Assembly (NCBI GenBank): GCA_002269645.1
Contig: NIVC01001177.1
Coordinates: forward strand, 280,131-344,130
Reading direction: 5' to 3'
DNA length: 64,000 nt
Source of the DNA: Macrostomum lignano
Lineage: Eukaryota
Position numbers and translations under genes: made by a program. This document shows, piece by piece, positions 11,393 to 23,872 of the stretch; position 1 is the stretch's first letter; each line of letters opens with the position of its first letter. The notes beneath the pieces were generated by a model, which was given only the letters and a program-made list of their open reading frames with translations, was not told the DNA's origin and did not search any database.

Positions 11393-13814
11393 TGCATCTG
11401 CATAGCAACGGCCCATGGTAGCTGGTAGTGCTGGCACATAGATAATTCACTGTAGGCGAAAGTCCCAGGCTCGTCTGGCACATCTGGTGCATGTTGACTC
11501 AACGGCCAACATTTATATCACCCCATTCCACATGCAAAGCTGGCCAACTATCCATGATAAGTGCAGTTGCTCTTAGTTTCTAACTTGCACATACAGCAGT
11601 GTACATTGATTGAACAGCAGTTTTAGAAAAGTACGGGAGAGTTTTGTTTTGATGTGAGAGAGAATATATTTGACAGGTCATTTTGTAAACGATCCATACG
11701 CTGTTTTGATGAATTCAGGCCTACAAAAAAACATCTGCAATAAAAATTTCTTTCGCAGCCAGCTGTCTTGCAAATATCGGGATTAAGTGTAACATCTGTG
11801 TGTACATGTAGCTGCCCGTACTCAATCTGTCAGTGTATTACATGTTAGGTACTTAGGCGATAGCTCGTATTATAGATGCAAACAACAGTCAAGCGGACAC
11901 TGAACTCACTGACTTGCACAAAAAATGTATATGCATACGCAAAACTAGAGTGTCTTACATGCAAAGCCCATAGCTACACATATATGTAGCATATAGTAAG
12001 GGAGATTCCTTTGCTGGCAAACCTTAACATCCAAACGTCCAGAAAGCATCAATACAAATGTTGCAATGGATTTGGAATTGCTGTATAGATTCATTCAAAG
12101 CAATCGGAATTGTAACTTGATAGCTTGTGTTATATATTTTGGACACTAGCACTGATATTGGCGATAATTATATAACTATTATTATACTTAGTAAATGCTA
12201 TAAAGTACACGTATTTGTAATATAAAATAGGTTTTTTACTGTAGATGGTGAACTGCGCTAGTACCATAGCTACAGTAAATATTAAGGATTGAATAATAAA
12301 AGTACACCCCGTAGGCCATAATGGGACATTGAGAACTATAATTGCATCCTGATATTAAGGACGCATATCTTTCAATCTTCAAGTCACACCTCAGTTTTCA
12401 TATCTCTAATTCTCTTACTCTTAGTAGGCAAGTTCTGAGTTTTTCTACTTTATTACTTGTTTCTATTTTCTAGGACCTACTGTGGGATTATTTTTTGCTG
12501 AGAGCTGTTTGTGTCTAGAGAGGTCAACCTGCATGTTGTTTGGACTGATTTTAATTATAACGATGACGAGATCAACCTGTCACTTTTGGCGCATGGAAAG
12601 TGATCTTCTATAGCTGTCATTTTTCTTCTCTTTTTTGACAGTTTGATGATTTATGATCATTAGATGTCACTTTGGCTCCAAATAGCACAATTGCGCTTTT
12701 GCTAATTCGCTTTAATCATGGGCAGAGTTTGAGACCGAAGTTTAAATCAACAGTGAAAAATTACTATAAAAATACCCAATGTGCTTCGACTCAGTTTGAA
12801 GTGTGGATTTAGCTAGATAGCTCATTTTTTCAGTTTTTGTAGCCATGCGGGCCAACTAGATGAGTGGGTAATTTAATTAAAGGCGAAGGTTGCAGTGAAT
12901 TGGAAAGCGATGCAATTCCCAGTCAATCAAGGACTACTGAAAGTACATACGAATTGCTTTATTAGTTGTTGTCCTTAATTGCAGTCAATTAATTAGTCAG
13001 ACTCCAAAATTAAAAAAAATCATTCACCAGGCATGTACTTTAATGCAGCTTCAGGTGGTAGGAATGAGTCGTTAGAGTTGAATAAAGATAGCGCTTAAAA
13101 CCTAAAGATGACCTGACAATCTGACATGAATGTCGATCGATCTGTCGGTCACATCCAAACCGTGTTACCCAAACTAATCTATATCTAAATTAATTATATG
13201 CTCGTCTATGCTAGGAAAAAGAGTGAATATCTTTTAGCTAATGAAACATACGCAACAAAACTTCTGGCAATACACGTTACTGCATGTACAACTATCATAT
13301 AAAACATTTTTGCAGTTATAACTATTATAGTTATAGTAAACTATTAACTATTATATTTAATACACTTTTAAAATATTGTACAGTTTCATAGGTCAAATTA
13401 ATTCAATTAGTAAAATAATATCGGATTTTTTAACTAAAAATTCAAACAATCCATTTTAACTATAAAATAAAAAGCTTTTTACAAAAGTGTTTGTTTGTGT
13501 AAAGCTAATTTTCATTGTTATTTTAAAACTAATATTTTACAAGACATAACTTAGTATTTAAGCGTAAGCGACGACGAACGTACACCTAATGGTAACCATT
13601 TGTATTGTAATATTGTAGGTAGACCCTGTAAGACTCGCATATTGTTTAGTTAATAATTCAGGAAAAGTGTTTTTAAAGTTGTCTGTGTAAAACAAAAAGC
13701 GAGAAACTATATTTTTTGTTTTTTTCCAAAGCCTGAAAGTAGTAATTAATAAATTAACACTAAATATTGTCATTGAATCCTTCACATTGTCCTTGCTTTA
13801 GTAGACATACAAAG

Positions 13815-16800
13815 ATGGAGTTTGAGAGCTTTAGTTTAAACCCTGCATTACTAAGTGTAAGTTTTTAATCATGTAAATTATAATTATGTTGCTGTTATAA
13901 TATTAGTGTTATATACAAATATAAATCTGCATTTGGATACCTAATTTTACAATATTTAATTAAAATTTAACAAATGGTAGAACTATAGGTAGGCTGACCT
14001 TTGTAAATTTAACTATTAATAATTTTAGATCCCATGTTGGGTATATATTACTAATAAAATTGAATAAGTTAGAGGTAGAATTAGATCCAGCAGATTTTAA
14101 ATTAGCCCTTAGTAATATATAACTTTTTGTTTAATATTTATATTTTATAAATATATGAATATATATTTATATATTAAGTCTAAGACATACCATAGTCTGG
14201 ATCATGCTTAGGTGCATACCTGAAAAAATTGAATAGTTACAAATGCATGTCAAAAAAATGGACTGCATACCCATTCTCAAAACTATACTGGTATTGCAAT
14301 AATAAATGACCTTTTTAAGTTGTAACAATAAATAACCTTTTTTAATTGCATGATGAACCCTTTTGGCAAATAATTTGGTTAATTTTCTGCTTTTAAACAA
14401 TACTAATTATAATAGAAAGTTGAAACATGCAAAGATTTGTTTAAATGCTTTATTACAAGCTTACTGCTTAAAAAACCTGGTAAGCTTGAAATTCATGCTT
14501 AAAAATGAACTTTTTAAAATCTTTTTTCTACTTCACAATAACTCTTCTGTGTGATTCTATAAAGTGCATGTAAGGTATATACATACACTATTTTCTTAGG
14601 AGTGATGCACATTAATTATGCATGCCTACTTTTGGTATACAAGGCCAATGCATATCCAAATTTTTGGGTATATACTATATGATCTGGAGTGTAAAAGACA
14701 CAGGAGAGGTCCCTTGTGCATGTGCACTTGCAACATAGGCAGGAAAAGTAGGTAGTAGCAGCCTGAGAGGTTGTCTCAAGTGCTTGCAAGTCAGTAATGA
14801 AGCTTATTATCCATATTTATTAAGCCAAGCGATTTAGTCCTTGTCTAAAAATATATGTATCCTAAAAACTTATATGACTGTATTTAGCTTTGTCTTATAT
14901 GAATTAAATATCTAAATCACTATAATCTAATAATAAAGTTTTAAAATTAACAAAGTAATAGAAAATAATTCTACAAAATCTTAACTTCATATTTGCTTTA
15001 TATCAGTATGTACCAAAAATAATGGAATTTTTTGGGTATACATATAGTCTTCCCAGTTGCAAAATTAATAAAGTCTAAAATCTTTGTCTTAATCAAATCT
15101 TGTATCATATTGTAATAAAAAATACTAATTCTCAAAAATCTTAAAAGTTGAATTTTATCCAACCCTTATTATATATTTATATACTAGTAAAAGTTAATAT
15201 GTACATTTTTTTAAACAGATATTCAAACAGACATTACTTCAAAACAATTATCTATAGTTTGTAACAAAATTGACCTGCTTTGGCCATCTTTGTAGCAGAT
15301 ATTTATGGATCAAAGGAGCCTTGATTTATTTAGGCCTATTAAAACTAAAACTATTTTTAGATACATTGATCCAAAAATGTATAGTAATGTACTAATTAGA
15401 CATTGCTTTAATTTTGGCTAAAATTGTTTCAAATTTAATAGTTTTTTAAACCATGCCTATTTTAAAACTGCTCTTTTTTGCTCTCAATAATCTTAGCTTT
15501 AAAATGATACATGCAAAATGGCTTTATAGCTAAGATATTTGACAATAAACATTGTTTGTGCAAACTTATATTTGGAAATTGTATTGATTTTTATTAATAT
15601 TTATTTATATGCTATGTCTTATCTCTTTTTTAATAATTATCAAATAGAGCATTGCTACTCATTTTAAACAAAAATATTTAGTTTTTTTTATCTTTAGAGG
15701 ATTTTCAAGAATATATCAATTGAGAAACAAACATTAATTCACTTAAAGAAAGTTGTGCTATGTGACAAGCTTGCTAAGGCAGGTATGTTGCAAAGCTATT
15801 AACTACTAAGCACAAAAATATGCAAGGAGCTACTTAGTGTAAAGTTCTAAAAATACAATAGATATTACACATAAAATGGAATAAAAGTAAAAAAAAAACT
15901 TATATAAGTGATTAAAAAATAAACAAATCCAAAGAGAAAAAAATTGAATAGTTGAAGAAAGTGAAAAGTTTTAAATTGCATTTAGAGCAAAGTTTTATTG
16001 CCTAAGACTTTCTAGATATAGGCATGTTGCATTTTTGTAGAAAACTGTCACATTGGCTAGGTTTAATTAAGGTTGGGCATGTATGCTATTAGAGTACCAA
16101 ACTAGAAGTCCATATTAGAGTTTTGTCATAACTAGAATTTTTTTCAATATTTTTATCTATAAAGACATCTAATTTTTTTTATAGCCTATATATATCCGTA
16201 CTTCCCTAATTTGCCATAAATTTTAATGACATTAAATTCAATGGTTAGTTTGTCTATCAGTCAGTCAGTATAATATAGTATTGAAATAAATAATAATAGC
16301 AATAGCTTAACCTACCACTTTTTAACAGTGTCTTATTTATTTTTATATAAGAATGTAAATATTTAAAGATATAAATAAATAAATTCACTTTGTACTTTTA
16401 CTTGTAGGCTTTTCTAAAAGCATTCGACAAATGGGTCTTATTGGTGACTCTACACTTTTTTGTGTCACAAATCTTACAAGTTGCCAAATGTATATCACCA
16501 TTGCACAAACAATAATTTCAAATAATTTGTCTTCTTAAACTTAAACTTAAATTTTAATTTTAAATTCTATAATATAAAAGCTAATATTTTTCTATTTGTA
16601 TATAATGTACATGTATACTTATAAAATGTACATTAACAATGTAAAAATTAAGGTCAAAATAGAGTCAAATTGCTATTTGTTATAATACATGCTTAGCTGA
16701 TCAAAAATCAGAATATACCCATTTTTGTTCAAATTAACCCTAAAAAATTAAAAAATCTAAAGTTTAAATTAGCACTAAAAGCAAGTTAGCAGAACCTGTA

Positions 16801-19800
16801 CACTGCACAGTATCTACTCTAATCTTACAAATTTAATTTCACAATCCTGTTTAGGCCATCTCCGACCTGAATTGGTTCGAGCCAACAGAGATTCAGCGTC
16901 ACGTGATTCCCCTCATTCTCGATGGTAAAAATGTGCTCGCCTGGGCCCGAACAGGCAGCGGCAAAACTGGAGCATTCGCTGTTCCTATTGTGGAGAAGAT
17001 TCTGCAGATTAAAACGGTAATTTCATGTCATTTTTTTCACAGAGCTTGTGACTGTTTGAATAATAGCCCCTATTTCCTAGCTCCAACCTTACAGCCGATC
17101 CGCTCCATCTTACAGCCTATCCGCCCCTATATTACAGCCTATCCGCCCCTTTTACATCCTATCCGCCCCTATCTTACAGCCTATCCACCCCCTACCTTAC
17201 AACCTATCCGCCCCCTTTTAGAGCCTATCCGCCCATTTTACAGCCTATCCGCCCCTATATTACAGCCTATACGCCCCAATCTTACAGCCTATCTTCCCCC
17301 AATCTTACAGCCTATCCGCCCAAATCTTACAGCCTATCCGCCCCAATCTTACAGCCTATCCGCCCCAATCTTACAGCCTATCCGCCCCAATCTTCAGCCT
17401 ATCCGCCCCAATCTTACAGCATATCCGCCTCCATCTTACAGCCTATCCGCCCCAATCTTACAGCCTATCCGCCCCAATCTTCAGCCTATCCGCCCCCATC
17501 CTGCAGCCTATCCGCCCCCAATATAAAAATCAAAGTCAACTCAAAGCTCACAGGTTTTACCCTCAATTTAATTACCCAAAAAATCGAAGGCTCTCCCAGA
17601 GGACTCCGCCGAGCGCGCAGCCACTCGCGCCCTAATTCTGGCGCCAACCAAAGAACTCTGCGCCCAGGCGGCTGGCGCCGTTGCCCAACTAACAGCTTAC
17701 TGCTCGCGCCTAATCCGCTGCGTGGACGCCTCCGCCCACGCCAGTACAGACGTGCTTCGGCCTCAGCTGCTTGAACGGCCCGACATTGTTGTTGGCACTC
17801 CTAGCGGCTTACTAGCCCACGTCAATGCCGGCAGTTTAACGTTGGAACCCGATAAACTACTAACAGTAGTTGTCGACGAGGCCGATCTAGTGTTCAGCTT
17901 TGGCTACGAGGAGGATTTCAAACAGTTGAGACAGCTGATGCCGGCCAAGTTTCAAGCGATTCTGGTGTCCGCTACGCTGGGCAGCGGCGATGTTAAAAGA
18001 TTACGCAAGGCGTTGCTTAAAGCTGGCGTTTGGAGTCGGGTGGAGCTGACCGAATCCGCTTTGCTGCCCGGCCCCGATCAGCTGTTGCAGTATTCGGTGC
18101 GCTGCTCCGAGGAAGACAGGTGGGTCATTGCTTGATTTATGATGTCTGCTGCTTTTAGTGCTGGATGGGATTTCTGTGTGGCTTGCGGGTTTGTAGGGAT
18201 GGGATTTCTGTGGCTTAAAGTTAAGGATGGGATTTCAGTGTTGGGAAATGGATGGGATTTCGGTGGGGGAAAACGATAGCATTTCTCTCTGTTAAAGAAT
18301 GGGATTTCAGCATGTGGGGAAAAGGATCATGGGATTTCAGCATGTGGGGAAAAGGATAAGATTTGAGTGTGTGAAAATATGGGATTTCAGCAGGTGGAAA
18401 AGGATCATGGGATTTCAGCAGGTGGGAAAAGGATGGGATTTCAGCATTTGGAAAAGGATCATGGGATTTCAGCAGTGGAAAAGGATCATGGGATTTCAGC
18501 AATGGAAAGGGATCATGGGATTTCAGCAGTGGAAAGGGATCATGGGATTTCAGCAGTGGAAAGGGATCATGGGATTTCAGCATTTGAAAGAGATCATGGG
18601 ATTTCAGCATTTGAAAGGGATCATGGGATTTCAGCAGTGGAAAAGGATCATGGGATTTCAGCAGTGGAAAGGGATCACGGGATTTCAGCAGTAGAAAAGA
18701 ATCATGGGATTTCAGCAGTGAAAAGGGATCATGGGATTTCAGCAGTGGAAAGGGATCACGGGATTTCAGCAGTGGAAAGGGATCATGGGATTTCAGCAGT
18801 GGAAAGGGATCACGGGATTTCAGCAGTGGAAAGGGATCATGGGATTTCAGCAGTGGAAAGGGATCATGGGATTTCAGCAGTGGAAAGGGATCATGGGATT
18901 TCAGCAGTGGAAAAGGATCATGGGATTTCAGCAGTGGAAAGGGATCATGGGATTTCAGCAGTGGAAAGGGATCATGGGATTTCAGCAGTGGAAAGGGATC
19001 ATGGGATTTCAGCAGTGGAAAGGGATCATGGGATTTCAGCAGTGGAAAAGGACCATGGGATTTCAGCAGTGAAAAAGGATCATGGGATTTCAACATTTGG
19101 AAAAGGATCATGGGATTTCAGCAGTGGAATGGGATCATGGGATTTCAGCATTTGAAAGAGATCATGGGATTTCAGCAGTGGAAAGGGATCATGGGATTTC
19201 AGCAGTGGAAAGGGATCATGGGATTTCAGCAGTGGAAAGGGATCATGGGATTTCAGCAGTGGAAAAGGACCATGGGATTTCAGCAGTGAAAAAGGATCAT
19301 GGGATTTCAACATTTGGAAAAGGATCATGGGATTTCAACATTTGGAAAAGGATCATGGGATTTCAGCAGTGGAAAGGGATCATGGGATTTCAGCAGTGGA
19401 AAGGGATCATGGGATTTCAGCAGTGGAAAAGGACCATGGGATTTCAGCAGTGAAAAAGGATCATGGGATTTCAGCATGTTGGAAAAGGATCATGGGATTT
19501 CAGCATTTGGAAAAGGATCATGGGATTTCAGCAGTGGAAAGGGACCATGGGATTTCAGCAGTGAAAAGGATCATGGGATTTCAGCAGTGGATAGGGATCA
19601 TGGGATTTCAGCAGTGGAAAGGATCATGGGATTTCAGCATGGGAAAAGGATCATGGGATTTCAGCATGTTGGGAAAAATGGGATTTCAGCATGTGGGAAA
19701 TTACTCTCACTAACAGTACTCTGCTGTTTTAGTTCCTCTCAAAATATCAAAGCAAAGCACTGAGCTCAAAGGCTTCTGTTATATGGTTCCCGCACAAAAA

Positions 19801-22800
19801 AATCTGCACTTCTTCTACGGTCAGTGTGGGCGTGAAATACTAGATCGATAATTATGGTTGACGAAACTATAGTCGGAGTGAAATGTTTTTATGCAGTATT
19901 GTGTTTCGTTTCCACATTTTTTTAATATTTTAGAAATATGGTCTCAGTACTTGCTGGCTCTGTTTTTCTAGGTTGGTGATTTTTTCAAATTTCCGCAATA
20001 CATATCGCTTACGCGTAAATCCTCACGTTTACGGGTATATGAGACGAGAAAATTGTAGTTTTTTGTAGTCCTGTTCTGACTTCCGTTTTTACTTTGACCT
20101 TGAACTTGAATATTGATTCGGTGTGTACTTACTGACTTTAGACTTTTACTAGCTATCAGCGCCCCCCCCCCCTCGTTGGGGAGGCAACAAAGGGGAGGCC
20201 TTGACATCTCAGCAATTCCTCCAGTAAGCCTTGACATCTCAGCAATTCCCCCAGTAAGCCTTGACATCTCAGCAATTCCCCCATCAGCCTTAACATCTCA
20301 GCAATTCCCCCAGTAAGCCTTGACATCTCAGCAATTCCCCCAGTAAGCCTTGACATCTCAGCAATTCCCCCAGTAAGCCTTGACATCTCAGCAATTCCCC
20401 CAGTAAGCCTTAACATCTCAGCAATTCCCCCAGTAAGCCTTGACATCTCAGCAATTCCCCCAGTAAGCCTTGACATCTCAGCAATTCCTCCTGTAAGCCT
20501 TGACATCTCAGCAATTCCCCCAGTAAGCCTTGACATCTCAGCAATTCCCCCATCAGCCTTAACATCTCAGCAACTCCCCCAGTAAGCCTTGACATCTCAG
20601 CAATTCCCCCAGTAAGCCTTGACATCTCAGCAATTCCCCCATCAGCCTTAACATCTCAGCAATTCCCCCAGTAAGCCTTGACATCTCAGCAATTCCCCCC
20701 CATCAGCCTTGACATCTCAGCAATTCCCCAGTAAGCCTTGACATCTCAGCAACTCCCCCAGTAAGCCTTGACATCTCAGCAATTCCCCCAGTAAGCCTTG
20801 ACATCTCAGCAATTCCCCCAGTAAGCCTTGACATCTCAGCAATTCCCCCCCATCAGCCTTGACATCTCAGCAATTCCCCCAGTAAGCCTTGACATCTCAG
20901 CAATTCCCCCAGTAAGCCTTGACATCTCAGCAATTCCCCAGTAAGCCTTGACATCTCAGCAATCTCACACGCTCACACAGGGTGTACAGCGGCCCATTGA
21001 CTTTCTAATCATCAGGCATGTACACTCTCTGTGTGCCTTGGGGGTTGGCCATCATGGCTCTGAATCGCGCGACAACCCCTCGGCCAGTTAAACTTGAAAC
21101 TGTTTGCAGATTTGTGCTGCTCTACTCTCTAATCAAGCTGCGCCTGATCCGCGGCAAGTCTCTAATATTTGTCAACACCGTGGATCGCGGCTACCGGGTC
21201 AAACTATTCCTCGAACAGTTTGCTATTCGTTCTGTTCTACTTAACTCGGAACTGCCCCTAGCAACCAGGTGCCACGTTGTGCAACAGTTTAACAAAGGTT
21301 TGTACGACATTCTGATAGCGTCGGACCGCAGCTTCTCGGATGGGCAAGCTGGCGACGAGGGAGACAACGGCGGGCAGGAAGACGGATCTTCCAAGCAGAA
21401 AAAGCGTCGGGTTCGTCAGCAAGGCGACCGAGAGTTTGGCGTGTCGCGCGGTGTTGACTTTCAATTAGTTAGCAACGTGATCAACTTCGAGCTGCCAGCG
21501 TCCGCTAAGGCCTACGTGCATCGGGTTGGTAGGACTTCCCGGGCTGGTCAGCAGGGCACCGCCCTGTCCTTTGTTGCCTCGGAGCAGGACTCGGACAAGC
21601 TGGCTAAAATTGAAGCACTAGTTGGTCAGGAATTGCGTCCGTTTCAATTTCGAATGGAAGAGTTGGATGGATTTCGGTGAGTTTTGTTTTATTCTATATT
21701 TTATTAATTCGACTGTACTCACAGTAGCAGTTTGTGGGTTTTCCTACTATGTTTATTTATCTCGAGGTTGGGCACTACTTAATCTACCTAGGAATCTTCC
21801 CGGTTATGGGATTCACATAGTTATAAGTCTTATCTACCGACATGATAATCTACACGACACTACTGACAATCTACCGACATGATAATAGATCTATTTGGTC
21901 ATAGAATCCGCATGGTCATAGATCAATCTGATTTTTGAATCAACATGATCATAGATCTATCTGGTCATAGTATCCGCATGGTCATAGATCTATCTGATCA
22001 TTAAATCAACATGATCATAGATTCATCTGGTCATAGAATCCGCATGGTCATAGATCTATCTGGTCATAGAATCCGCATGTTCATAGATCTATCTGGTCAT
22101 AGAATCCGCATGGTCATAGATCAATCTGATTTTTGAATCAACATGATCATAGATCCATCTGGTCATAGAATCCGCATGGTCATAGATCTATTTGGTCATA
22201 GAATCCGCATTCTCATAGATCTATTTGGTCATAGAATCCGCATGGTCATAGATCTATCTGGTCATAGTTTTAATCAACATGATCATAGATCTATCTAGTC
22301 ATAGAATCCATACGGTCATAGAACCATCTGATCATAGAACTATCTAGCCATAGTTTTAATCCACGTGGTCACAGATCTATCGGGTCTCTTAAAACTTGTC
22401 TCGCAGCTACCGAGCCCGGGACGCCATGCGTGCCGTGACCAGCGCGGCCGTGCGCGAATCGCGGGTCCGCGAAATCCGCCAGGAGCTGCTCAACTCGGCC
22501 AAACTACGGGCTCATTTTGCCGACAATCCCAGAGATTTGCACCTGCTACGGCACGATAAAGAGCTGCACACTGCCCGAGTGCAGGCACATCTGCGTCATG
22601 TGCCCGAGTACATTGTGCCGGATGCGTTGCGCGATATTGTCACTGGAGGCGGCGGCGGTCATAAAAGGCGCCGTAGGAATCCTAGATTTGGCGGCGGCAG
22701 CGGCGGCGGCGGTGCTGGTAAAGAAACCAAAAGTGGCGGCGCCTCCTCCACTGATAAGGAGATCAAAGGACGCCGCTTCGGAGGCAGCGGCGGCGCTGGG

Positions 22801-22962
22801 CCGTCAATTCCAATGACGGCTGATCAGCGTAGAAGGCAGCGTAAGGCGGCGGATCCTTTGTACTCAGCCAGGGCCGCTCTGCAGCTAGGTCGGCGGGCCG
22901 GCGGCAGCGGCGGCGGGGCAAAGCGACATCAAAAGAAAAAGCCGACAAAGTCGAAGGTTTAA
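13815..22962 (+). CDS. DDX56: DEAD-box RNA helicase DDX56/DBP9 (about 618 aa, 5 coding exons)
   Basis: Exons 13815-13856 ([14 protein letters not shown], less certain), 16855-17016, 17590-18119, 21110-21676, 22407-22962; all GT-AG and phase-consistent. Motifs [43 protein letters not shown], plus DDX56-typical [13 protein letters not shown] and [14 protein letters not shown]. Confidence 0.93.
17085..17520. repeat. 22-bp minisatellite (CTTACAGCCTATCCGCCCCAAT), DDX56 intron 2
   Basis: Tandem copies between two DDX56 exons. Confidence 0.92.
18225..19695. repeat. 27-bp minisatellite (GGGATTTCAGCAGTGGAAAGGGATCAT), DDX56 intron 3
   Basis: Tandem copies; source of the GISAVERDH ORFs. Confidence 0.96.
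20200..20963. repeat. 30-bp minisatellite (CCTTGACATCTCAGCAATTCCCCCAGTAAG), DDX56 intron 3
   Basis: Tandem copies visible. Confidence 0.95.
20971..21092 (-). mobile_element. Short interspersed repeat (family 2), possibly SINE-derived
   Basis: Similar to 50974-51097 (GCTCACACAGGGTGTAC..CATGTACACTCTCTG..GGGGTTGGCC.TCATGG). Strand is inferred from a B-box-like word. Confidence 0.65.
21895..22380. repeat. GGTCATAGA-core minisatellite, DDX56 intron 4
   Basis: Alternating 16-17 bp subunits GGTCATAGAATCCGCAT and GGTCATAGATCTATCT. Confidence 0.9.
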
Positions 22963-23381
22963 TTACTCGTATTTAGAAGGGTGGAGAGTTTTTTACTTGG
23001 GTCAAATTTCTCTTTAATATTCGCAGCTTGCCTACTTACGAGTAGGTGGATTAGCGTGTCTAAATTGTTTTTATGTAATGAAAATATGACTTTCAATTTA
23101 TCGCCTTGAAATGTAGCGTTAAAGCATTTTAAATGAGTTTAAACTGCACTATTTTATGCTAGGGGTAGTGCTTCGTATTCTTGTTAGTTGAGCATTTCTG
23201 CAAACGATTGCGTTCGTTGCCTTGCACTAGCATATTCTGTTCAATTACGCTTAAGAACTGTAGGTTGATAAAATAAAGAAATTAATTGGAAAATTGCTGC
23301 CAGCATTTACGCGTAATGTGTCAAAAATGTTGGATTGACGAGCGGAAATATTCTTGTCATCTTAATTTTTTTCATTTTCAG

Positions 23382-23454
23382 CTGTTAAAACAGTTCTAAC
23401 GTTAAGATTCTTTCAGGAGTTTGTAACTTCTTTAATAGAGAACTTTAGGACTAG
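23382..23454 (+). other. Candidate non-coding 5' exon of SNX13
   Basis: Strong acceptor TTTTTTTCATTTTCAG ending 23381, donor CTAG|GTACTT at 23455, no ATG; the following intron holds a small ATAGGGATTCCC repeat (about 23520-23615) and ends at an AG just before ATG 23873. Confidence 0.5.
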
Positions 23455-23872
23455 GTACTTCCAAAAACATGGGTTCTCAGAACTTTTTATTAGTACGAGC
23501 TGTATGGATTACTCTATCAAATAGGGGATTCCTCTGAATAGAGATTCCCCTAAATAAGTATTCTCCTAAATAGGGATTCCCTGAATAGGGATTCCCCGGA
23601 ATAGGGATTCCCTTAAAAAGCATATTAAGTCCAAGATAAACTTATAGGATTCCAGTTAAAGTTAGGAATTTCAGAGTATCGGAGTTGTTTGCGTATGTTA
23701 GTTCTAATATAGTATTTTTTAAATTTGTTGCAGTTCACGTAAACACCCCTATTATTATACTACTGCATGCGACTTTTCTACTAAATCACAAATACGAGAG
23801 ACCTTGAAGCACCAAAGAAGGAAGTGCATTTGTTTTGCTAAGCTAATCAGTGCATTTTAGCAATGCACAGGC

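Noticed and set aside
14340-14420. ATGATGA C-box-like word in DDX56 intron 1 (possible snoRNA)
   Set aside because: No D box (CTGA) with a terminal stem at a suitable distance.
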